Shown: positions 49,185 through 55,403 of the stretch, piece after piece | Position numbering within the stretch: position 1 is the stretch's first letter | Layout: every line of letters starts with the position of its first letter | Source: a virus | Lineage: Duplodnaviria; Caudoviricetes | IMG/VR virus record: IMGVR_UViG_3300051212_001061 | Coordinates: 1 to 55,403 of that record | Reading direction: 5' to 3' (one strand) | DNA length: 55,403 bases | Notes under the pieces: model-generated | Database searches by the model: none | Told to the model about the DNA's origin: nothing | The model's input: the letters and a program-made list of their open reading frames with translations, nothing else | Made by a program: the position numbers and the translations under genes

Positions 49185-49546
49185 GTAATAATCTTCGTGA
49201 TGTTGTTCAAAAGACAAAAGGTAAGGGGGAATTAAATTTGGAAAAGGATTTAGACAATAAAAATGATGTTCTTCCCTCTAAGTATGGGTGTCAAATTTTA
49301 TTTCAAGATACAACACTAGAAAAAGTAAAAGACCCATCTCTACCATCTGACGCTTATCTAGTTTATTATAAATTAGAAGAAAAAATTTGCTTAGATTTGT
49401 GTAGAGGTGGAAAGAGGGTTGATATTTTTGATTTTTACTATGACAAATATGGTAAAGATTCACTTCAAAAAATTGCATGGGGTTATGGTAGATCTAATCC
49501 CAGAATTTGGGGATATAAATCACCCGAAAAGAAAAAGAGAAAATAA
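49181..49546 (+). CDS. Hypothetical protein
   Basis: ATGA-type coupling; LPSDAYLV, IFD.YYD, G..NP..WG. Confidence 0.6.
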   Translation: MSNNLRDVVQKTKGKGELNLEKDLDNKNDVLPSKYGCQILFQDTTLEKVKDPSLPSDAYLVYYKLEEKICLDLCRGGKRVDIFDFYYDKYGKDSLQKIAWGYGRSNPRIWGYKSPEKKKRK

Positions 49547-49552
49547 TTCACA

Positions 49553-49584
49553 AATTGTCGGAAAAAATTTCCGGCAATTTTTTT
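49553..49584 (+). terminator. Intrinsic terminator
   Basis: AATTGTCGGAAA-aaa-TTTCCGGCAATT followed by a T-run. Confidence 0.75.
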
Positions 49585-49629
49585 GCCCCTTAAGATTTTT
49601 TAAAATTGTATCAAAAAATACAAAATTAG

Positions 49630-49658
49630 TTGCATAGATAGAATGAATAAGGTATAAT
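49630..49658 (+). promoter_or_regulatory. Sigma70-type promoter for the riboswitch leader
   Basis: TTGCAT(49630-35), 17 bp spacer, TATAAT(49653-58); predicted +1 near 49665, where the RNA motif starts. Confidence 0.7.
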
Positions 49659-49664
49659 GCCTTT

Positions 49665-49761
49665 ATCGTTCATCCCTTTGGGACGGAAGTAAGCCGACGC
49701 GGAACGGATCGTTCATTCGCTATTTGCAAATAGCGAACGCAAACGCCGACTGAAGGAACGC
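49665..49761 (+). ncRNA. Tandem glutamine riboswitch-like aptamers (glnA / Downstream-peptide class)
   Basis: Two units ATCGTTCAT-hairpin-...GCCGAC...GGAACG (49665-49707 and 49708-49761), with CGTTC/GAACG P1 pairing, upstream of a DUF4278-like ORF. Confidence 0.75.
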
Positions 49762-49792
49762 TCTTTAACCTAAACCATTAAGGAGAACCCTA

Positions 49793-49957
49793 ATGTCTAA
49801 AGTCGTATATCGTGGTGTTGAATATGACACCACAGAACGCCCAAATCAAACGTTTAAGATTGAACCCCACGTAGAAATTTATCGTGGTACTATGTTTTAC
49901 GTTGATGAAAATGGAAACAAACTCTCTATGGAAAGATCCAAAGGGGGTGTAAAATGA
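49793..49957 (+). CDS. DUF4278-like small protein (54 aa, not in ORF track)
   Basis: MSKVVYRGVEYDT...EIYRG with a duplicated YRG motif; AAGGAG RBS. Confidence 0.8.
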   Translation: MSKVVYRGVEYDTTERPNQTFKIEPHVEIYRGTMFYVDENGNKLSMERSKGGVK

Positions 49958-50055
49958 ACACTTACTTCGTTCGTTATTTAAAGAAAAAAGCAAAGAAGGA
50001 AAAACTTCTTAAAGATGCACAACTGAATATGGCAAAGAAACCACAAATTGCTTGA
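49954..50055 (+). CDS. 33-aa basic microprotein (MNTYFVRYLKKKAKKEKLLKDAQLNMAKKPQIA)
   Basis: ATGA overlap with the DUF4278 stop; G-rich RBS; ends just before a terminator. Confidence 0.55.
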   Translation: MNTYFVRYLKKKAKKEKLLKDAQLNMAKKPQIA

Positions 50056-50059
50056 TATG

Positions 50060-50086
50060 AAGGAGGGTTGATTCCCTCCTTTTTTT
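50060..50086 (+). terminator. Intrinsic terminator; the loop holds the -35 of the next promoter
   Basis: AAGGAGGG-ttgatt-CCCTCCTT followed by a T-run; TTGATT, 17 bp spacer, TAAAAT(50091-96). Confidence 0.8.
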
Positions 50087-50117
50087 GTGTTAAAATGCAA
50101 AAAGAGGATATAATTTT

Positions 50118-50288
50118 ATGGACAAAGAAAAATTAAAACTCATTGTTCGTAATCTTGAATTGTTGGTTGATTCTCTCAAAGCAGAAGTTTATTCTGATGT
50201 TTCTGCTTATGAACCACCAAAAAAAACTTTAGAACAATTTGCAGATTACGACGAACTTTATGACGATGATGATGGATACACAGATTAG
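50118..50288 (+). CDS. Small hypothetical protein with acidic tail (56 aa)
   Basis: MDKEKLKLIVRNLELLVDSLKAEVYSD...DDDDGYTD; GAGG RBS. Confidence 0.65.
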   Translation: MDKEKLKLIVRNLELLVDSLKAEVYSDVSAYEPPKKTLEQFADYDELYDDDDGYTD

Positions 50289-50448
50289 TAGAACAAAAAA
50301 ACTTGTGAAACTTCTTAATAGATTGCTCAAGCAAGAACACTTATATACTCCCGAGCAACTTTTAGAAATGAAATCACAATTAAAAATTGTAAAACAAGAA
50401 ATCGCAAATCTTGAAGCACAAACATCAAAAGGATTTGGAAAAAAATGA
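50239..50448 (+). CDS. Small coiled-coil hypothetical protein (true start probably a downstream Met)
   Basis: ORF track; ends TSKGFGKK and is coupled to thyX. Confidence 0.55.
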   Translation: MQITTNFMTMMMDTQISRTKKLVKLLNRLLKQEHLYTPEQLLEMKSQLKIVKQEIANLEAQTSKGFGKK

Positions 50449-51077
50449 CCGTAAAACTTATTTCAGTAACACCAGATGCAGAAAAAACAATGGCATTTAT
50501 TGCACGAGTTTCTAATCCTGCGAATCAAGACAACGAAAACTATGCCAAGTTGCTTGCTTATTGTATTAAGCATAATCATTGGTCTGTTTTTGAGCAGTCT
50601 TCTATGACTCTTGAAATTGAAACGAATCGTGGTATTGCAGCACAAATTTTACGTCATCGTTCATTTACATATCAAGAATTTTCGCAACGCTATGCAGATT
50701 CTTCTTTGTTAGGAGAAATCCCTGTTCCCGATCTTCGTCGTCAAGATACGAAGAATCGTCAAAACTCAATTGATGATATTGATGAGGATGCAAAACAAGA
50801 TCTTTGGTTAAAGATTAATGATCATTTTAAGGAGTCTATGCAACTCTACAAGGAACTTCTTGATAAGGGAATAGCAAAAGAGTGTGCGAGGTTTGTATTG
50901 CCCTTGGCAACGCCCACACGCATCTATATGACCGGTTCTTGTCGCAGTTGGATTCATTATATTAATCTTCGTTCTGCAAATGGTACTCAAAAGGAGCACA
51001 TGGATATTGCACTTGCCTGCAAAGAAATTTTCAAAGAGCAATTTCCATCAGTTTCAGAAGCCCTTGAGTGGGTCTAA
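50445..51077 (+). CDS. thyX: Flavin-dependent thymidylate synthase
   Basis: HWSVFE, the [14 protein letters not shown] ThyX motif, [13 protein letters not shown]. Confidence 0.96.
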   Translation: MTVKLISVTPDAEKTMAFIARVSNPANQDNENYAKLLAYCIKHNHWSVFEQSSMTLEIETNRGIAAQILRHRSFTYQEFSQRYADSSLLGEIPVPDLRRQDTKNRQNSIDDIDEDAKQDLWLKINDHFKESMQLYKELLDKGIAKECARFVLPLATPTRIYMTGSCRSWIHYINLRSANGTQKEHMDIALACKEIFKEQFPSVSEALEWV

Positions 51078-51102
51078 ATAACGATACATATTATTAAACC
51101 TT

Positions 51103-51345
51103 ATGGCAATTTATCCAATTATTCATAAAGAAACAGGTGAAAAAAAAGTTGTTGAGATGAGTGTCAACGACATTATGCAGTGGTATAAAGACAATCCCGA
51201 ATGGCAGAGGGATTGGTCGGAAGGATGTGCAACTCCAGGTGAAGTTGGAGATTGGCAAAACAAACTTATTAGTAAAAACCCAGGGTGGAACGACGTTTTA
51301 GGACGTGCAGCAAAAATGCCTGGATCAAACGTAAAAAAACTCTAA
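51103..51345 (+). CDS. Conserved cyanophage hypothetical protein
   Basis: 80-aa ORF after CTAAATA (51074-80). Confidence 0.65.
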   Translation: MAIYPIIHKETGEKKVVEMSVNDIMQWYKDNPEWQRDWSEGCATPGEVGDWQNKLISKNPGWNDVLGRAAKMPGSNVKKL

Positions 51346-51346
51346 T

Positions 51347-52102
51347 ATGGCAAGAAGAAATAGAAGAGCAGATCAACCAATAGGTGTTGGTCTTACAACT
51401 CGTCAAATGAAGCGTAGAAAACCGTTAAGTTTTGATTATTTGGTAGACATAGATCCCCTAACAGAGAATCAAAAAAAACTTTTTTATTCTTACGATAATG
51501 ACAAACATATCGTTGCTTATGGGTGTGCTGGAACTGGTAAAACATTTATCACGTTGTACAATGCTTTAAAGGATGTTCTTGATGAAAAAAGTCCATATGA
51601 AAAAGTTTACATCGTAAGATCCTTAGTAGCGACTCGGGAAATCGGATTTCTTCCTGGTTCACATGAAGATAAAGCAGATATTTACCAAATTCCTTATAAG
51701 AATATGGTGAAATATATGTTCCAGATGCCCTCCGATGTGGACTTTGAAATGCTCTACGGAAATCTTAAATCTCAAGAAACTATCAAGTTCTGGTCAACTT
51801 CTTTCCTTCGTGGAACAACTCTCGACAATGCTATTATTATTGTAGATGAATTTCAGAACCTAAATTTCCACGAACTTGATTCTATCATTACTCGTGTTGG
51901 CGAAAACACCAAAATTTGTTTCTGTGGTGATGCTTCTCAATCAGATTTACAGAAAACAAATGAGCGTAATGGTATTGTAGATTTTATGAACGTATTGCGT
52001 AAAATGCCATCATTTGATATAATTGAGTTTGGTGTAGACGACATTGTTCGTTCTGGACTTGTTAAAGAATACATCCTTGCAAAAATGGAATTAGGTTTTT
52101 AA
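51347..52102 (+). CDS. phoH: PhoH-family ATPase
   Basis: GCAGTGKT Walker A, IGFLPG, FLRGTT, IVDEFQN, GDASQSDL, DIVRSG. Confidence 0.95.
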   Translation: MARRNRRADQPIGVGLTTRQMKRRKPLSFDYLVDIDPLTENQKKLFYSYDNDKHIVAYGCAGTGKTFITLYNALKDVLDEKSPYEKVYIVRSLVATREIGFLPGSHEDKADIYQIPYKNMVKYMFQMPSDVDFEMLYGNLKSQETIKFWSTSFLRGTTLDNAIIIVDEFQNLNFHELDSIITRVGENTKICFCGDASQSDLQKTNERNGIVDFMNVLRKMPSFDIIEFGVDDIVRSGLVKEYILAKMELGF

Positions 52103-52782
52103 TGTTTAATCATATTGATATTCAACTCCCCCAGTTGGAGCGTGAGACAATTGATGGTGTAAGATATTATAAAGTTCCTGATGAAGAAGAACTTCTCCGA
52201 CTGGTCTCCATTACTTCGGTGACCAGTCATTTTAATAAAGAAATCTTTGTTAAATGGCGTAAAAAAGTTGGAGATGATGAAGCAGATCGCATCACAAAAG
52301 CGGCAACAAGTCGTGGAACTGATATGCACCTTCTTGTAGAACATCATCTCAAAAATGAAGAACTTCCAGAAGTTCAACCAATTTCAGATTTTCTTTTTAA
52401 AATTGCGAAAACTGACTTAAATCGTATAAATAATATTTACGCCCTTGAAGGGTCCCTATATAGTAAGCAATTAGGAATTGCTGGGACAGTTGATTGTATC
52501 GCTGAATATGATGGCGAACTGGCAATCATTGACTTTAAGACTTCTAAAAAACCAAAACCACGTGAGTGGATCGAACACTATTTTGTTCAATGTATGGCAT
52601 ACGGATGTATGCTCTACGAACTGACTGGTATTTCAGTCAAAAAACTTGTAATCATTATGGCTTGCGAAAATGGAGAATGCGTCGTTTATGAAGAAAGAGA
52701 CAAATCAAAATACATCAAACTTCTCACCGAATACATTAGAAAGTTTGTTAGACATCAATTGGAATTATATGGAACAAAATAA
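52102..52782 (+). CDS. PD-(D/E)XK exonuclease
   Basis: RGTDMH, AGTVDCI, IIDFKTS, YFVQCMAY. Confidence 0.85.
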   Translation: MFNHIDIQLPQLERETIDGVRYYKVPDEEELLRLVSITSVTSHFNKEIFVKWRKKVGDDEADRITKAATSRGTDMHLLVEHHLKNEELPEVQPISDFLFKIAKTDLNRINNIYALEGSLYSKQLGIAGTVDCIAEYDGELAIIDFKTSKKPKPREWIEHYFVQCMAYGCMLYELTGISVKKLVIIMACENGECVVYEERDKSKYIKLLTEYIRKFVRHQLELYGTK

Positions 52783-53029
52783 AGAAATAGAGCAGGCTAT
52801 ACAAAGTAAGTTTTTAACTCCATCTAAGTTTGCTTTAGAAATTGAAAAAATAGTTGCAGAAGAAAATATAAACTACATTGATGCTATTTGTCATTATTGC
52901 GAAACAAATGGTGTAGAAATTGAATCTGTTACTAAATTGATTTCAAAACCTTTAAAAGAAAAATTAAAATGGGACGCAATTCGTCTTAATTTTATGAAAA
53001 AAACTTCCCGTGCTAAACTTCCTTTATGA
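52769..53029 (+). CDS. gp33: T4 gp33-like late transcription co-activator
   Basis: F..EIEKIV, YIDAI..YC, KLISKPLKEKL..A..LN; canonical position before gp59/gp32. Confidence 0.85.
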   Translation: MEQNKEIEQAIQSKFLTPSKFALEIEKIVAEENINYIDAICHYCETNGVEIESVTKLISKPLKEKLKWDAIRLNFMKKTSRAKLPL

Positions 53030-53613
53030 GTCCTTTTGAGACATATCAAACTTATCTTTCGATGAAAAGTCATTTTACGAATAGTAAATATGACTTTTTT
53101 AAGTATGGTGGCAAATCCAGAGCAACAGTCACTTCATTCAATAAACGCAAGGACAAATACTGGTTCGAAAAAAGCTCAAGAAAATATTCAGATAAAGAAA
53201 TAGTAGATTTTTTATTAGCAAATTTTGTATCCACAGACAACCCACAAAACTTATGGATTGGAGAAATTATCAATTCTGGAGAAAGAACATACGCAGATTG
53301 GATGCGGAGACAACAGAGTTTGACTTACTTGTTCAAAGAACAATCAACGGAATTGTTCTCAGAGAACGAATTCGAAACTGTGTTCAACTGTTCCAAAGGT
53401 CACCCTATAGTTCTCAAAAAGTTTCTAAGCGGGAAATTATCGCTAGAAACATTCGTAATTTACGACAAAATATTTGGTTTCTCAAAAACTTTTGATAAGA
53501 AACTTTTGGATCCAGTGTGGGAAACCGTCAGTTTAAAAATCAAAAAATACAATCCGTTTCTAAATATTGACGTATTTCAGTTTAAGCGTATTTTAAGGGA
53601 AATCGTTCAATGA
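53026..53613 (+). CDS. gp59: T4 gp59-like helicase loader
   Basis: YLSMKSHF..YDFFKY, SFNKRKDKYWF.K, SLET, KIKKY; synteny. Confidence 0.85.
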   Translation: MSPFETYQTYLSMKSHFTNSKYDFFKYGGKSRATVTSFNKRKDKYWFEKSSRKYSDKEIVDFLLANFVSTDNPQNLWIGEIINSGERTYADWMRRQQSLTYLFKEQSTELFSENEFETVFNCSKGHPIVLKKFLSGKLSLETFVIYDKIFGFSKTFDKKLLDPVWETVSLKIKKYNPFLNIDVFQFKRILREIVQ

Positions 53614-53942
53614 GTAAATTTTTTGACTCTGATATTATTCAAGAAGAATTGAAAGAAATTAATAAATTGCAAGAAGAAATTTACGGAAGTATTCTTACGT
53701 TTGGTATGATGGACCGTGAAACAAAACTGGAACACATTGAAAAGCTTGAGGTTTTGTTGGAAAAGCAACGTGTAATGTATACACGTTTGTCTCTTTCAGA
53801 TGACCCACAAGCGGTTGAAATGAAAGAAAATTTAAAAAAATCTGTTGTTCTGATGGGATTTCCACCAGAAACTGATATGAGTTTGCTTTTTAGTAGTATG
53901 AGTAAAACTATCGAATCTCTCAAACAATACGTTGACAGTTGA
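53610..53942 (+). CDS. DUF1825-like protein
   Basis: FFDSDIIQEEL ... KQRVMYTRLSLSDDP. Confidence 0.7.
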   Translation: MSKFFDSDIIQEELKEINKLQEEIYGSILTFGMMDRETKLEHIEKLEVLLEKQRVMYTRLSLSDDPQAVEMKENLKKSVVLMGFPPETDMSLLFSSMSKTIESLKQYVDS

Positions 53943-53960
53943 GAGAATCCTTGTTATAAT
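53932..53960 (+). promoter_or_regulatory. Sigma70-type (early) promoter of gp32
   Basis: TTGACA(53932-37), 17 bp spacer, TATAAT(53955-60) with extended TG. Confidence 0.85.
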
Positions 53961-54002
53961 ATTCAAGTAATCCCCCGAATCCAATTAATCTGAGGTATCT
54001 AA

Positions 54003-54923
54003 ATGGGCTTTGCCGATCTTAAAAAACAATCTAAACTTGGTTCCTTGACTGCTAAACTGGTTAAGGAAGTAGAAAAAATGAATACCGCTAGTAATTCTAG
54101 CGATGATCGTGTATGGAAACTGGATGTAGACAAAAGCGGTAATGGATATGCCGTAATTCGTTTCCTTCCTGCACCCGATGGGGAAGATCTTCCTTTCGTG
54201 AAGGTTTATTCTCACGCCTTTCAGGGTCCTGGTGGTTGGTTAATCGACCAGTGCTTAACCACTATTAACCAAAAATGCCCAGTTTGTGAGCACAATTCTG
54301 GTTTGTGGAATAACGGAACTGATACAGGTAAAGAAGTTGCTCGCAAACAAAAGCGTAAACTAACTTATGTTTCTAACATTTATGTTGTAAAGGATCCTGC
54401 TAATCCTGAAAATGAAGGTAAGGTCTTCCTGTTCAAGTATGGTAAGAAGATCTTTGATAAACTCACTGCTGCAATGCAACCTGAGTTTGAAGATGAGCAA
54501 GCAATTGATCCTTTTGATTTTTGGCAAGGTGCCAACTTCAAACTGAAAGCAAAGAATGTTGCTGGTTATAGGAATTATGATTCCAGCGAGTTTGCTTCTG
54601 TTAGTGCTCTGCTAGACGATGATGATGCAATGGAAGCAATCTGGAAAAAGCAGTATTCTCTTGCAGAATTTGTTTCTCCTGATCAGTTCAAGTCTTACGA
54701 TGAACTAAAGAAGCGTCTTCACTCTGTTCTTGGTTCTAAACAAACTCGTATTGATGAAGAAGTTGAAGACGAAGAAGACTATCGTGGTCCTGTGAAGGAA
54801 CTTGATGATGATCTTCGTTCTGAACTGAACAATCTTCAACCCACTCGCCGTGCTGCTGCCCCTGCAGAAGAGGATGAAGACGATGATGCCCTTTCCTACT
54901 TCGCCCGCTTGGCAGAAGACTGA
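54003..54923 (+). CDS. gp32: T4 gp32-like single-stranded DNA-binding protein
   Basis: GNGYAVIRFLP, HAFQGPGGW, CPVCE, NEGKVFLFKYGKKIFDK, NYDSSEF, acidic C-terminal tail. Confidence 0.96.
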   Translation: MGFADLKKQSKLGSLTAKLVKEVEKMNTASNSSDDRVWKLDVDKSGNGYAVIRFLPAPDGEDLPFVKVYSHAFQGPGGWLIDQCLTTINQKCPVCEHNSGLWNNGTDTGKEVARKQKRKLTYVSNIYVVKDPANPENEGKVFLFKYGKKIFDKLTAAMQPEFEDEQAIDPFDFWQGANFKLKAKNVAGYRNYDSSEFASVSALLDDDDAMEAIWKKQYSLAEFVSPDQFKSYDELKKRLHSVLGSKQTRIDEEVEDEEDYRGPVKELDDDLRSELNNLQPTRRAAAPAEEDEDDDALSYFARLAED

Positions 54924-54938
54924 TCAGGTGCTATAATG

Positions 54939-54963
54939 AGGGGAGCGAGATCTCCCCTTTTTT
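54939..54963 (+). terminator. Intrinsic terminator after gp32, directly preceding the next ATG
   Basis: AGGGGAG-cgagat-CTCCCCT followed by a T-run. Confidence 0.75.
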
Positions 54964-55403
54964 ATGAAATCTGATTATTATATCGATAAGATTTCTAAAA
55001 AACAGGCAGAAGAACTACTCCTAGAATACCACTATCTCAAAGACATTTCAAAAGGATTTAAGTCTGGTTATAACTACGGACTTTTCAAGAAGAATGATTT
55101 CAGTCCTTTGAATGTTGGTGGTCTTCTGGGAGTTTGTATCTTTACAGGACTTCCTGTTCCTGAAATTGCTAAAGGTGCTTTTGGATTAGAACGTAATGAA
55201 CAACAAGGACTTTTTGAACTTTCGCGCCTCTGCATTCACCCAGACACCCAATCTGACGAGCATAATATCACTTCTTGGTTTGTTTCAAGATCGATTAGAC
55301 AGTTACGGAAGGATACTGAAGTTAAAGCAATCATCTCTTACGCTGATAGTGATTTCCATAATGGTACAATCTATCGCGCTTGTAACTTTAAGTATTGCGG
55401 ACT
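54964..55403 (+). CDS. Mom-like (GNAT-fold) DNA modification protein, 3'-truncated by the window edge (not in ORF track)
   Basis: My translation: MKSDYY...EYHYL...FELSRLCI...SWFVSRSI...IISYADS..HNGTIYRACNFKYCG; carries Mom-family ELxRL, SYAD and GxIYxAxNFxYxG motifs. Confidence 0.75.
   Translation, partial: MKSDYYIDKISKKQAEELLLEYHYLKDISKGFKSGYNYGLFKKNDFSPLNVGGLLGVCIFTGLPVPEIAKGAFGLERNEQQGLFELSRLCIHPDTQSDEHNITSWFVSRSIRQLRKDTEVKAIISYADSDFHNGTIYRACNFKYCG

Noticed and set aside
49790-49993. Minus-strand 67-aa ORF in the ORF track
   Set aside because: It is antisense to the better supported + strand DUF4278-like ORF, which has an RBS, promoter and riboswitch
52102-52782. Cas4/CRISPR association of the PD-(D/E)XK nuclease
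   Set aside because: No array or other cas genes; it occupies the usual phoH-exonuclease-gp33 core position of T4-like cyanophages
1-55403. tRNA/rRNA genes, integrase or transposase
   Set aside because: None recognised; intergenic gaps are short and are explained by promoters, terminators and the two RNA leaders

Overview
Fragment of a large T4-like cyanophage (cyanomyovirus) genome, with essentially all real genes on the + strand. From left to right it contains: (1) a ~12 kb glycan/LPS-type biosynthesis island (HAD phosphatase, PfkB kinase, nucleotidyltransferase, gmd/fcl, GT11, GT6, GT25s, epimerase, sugar methyltransferase); (2) a photosynthesis/auxiliary-metabolism block (two hli genes, psbA with a structured leader, a free-standing HNH/NUMOD3 endonuclease, psbD, an LpxH/PlcP-like metallophosphoesterase, talC); (3) a ~16.5 kb block of fibre/virion-surface genes (1951-aa Gly-X-Gln collagen-like protein, 20-repeat beta-propeller protein, Calx-beta/Ig-like and glycine-rich proteins); (4) a second glycan island containing a RuBisCO-like protein (form IV, KEDE motif) next to a nucleotidyltransferase, a cupin and methyltransferases; (5) core T4-like genes (glutaredoxin, thyX, phoH, exonuclease, gp33, gp59, gp32), a tandem glutamine-riboswitch-like RNA before a DUF4278-like peptide, and a partial Mom-like DNA-modification gene. 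The most notable items are the phage RuBisCO-like protein embedded in a nucleotide-sugar operon, a perfect RpaB/HLR1-type box in the psbD promoter, an apparently complete blood-group-A-like glycan pathway, and an Ig-like domain split between two adjacent fibre genes. All calls come from motif recognition by eye; no searches were run.
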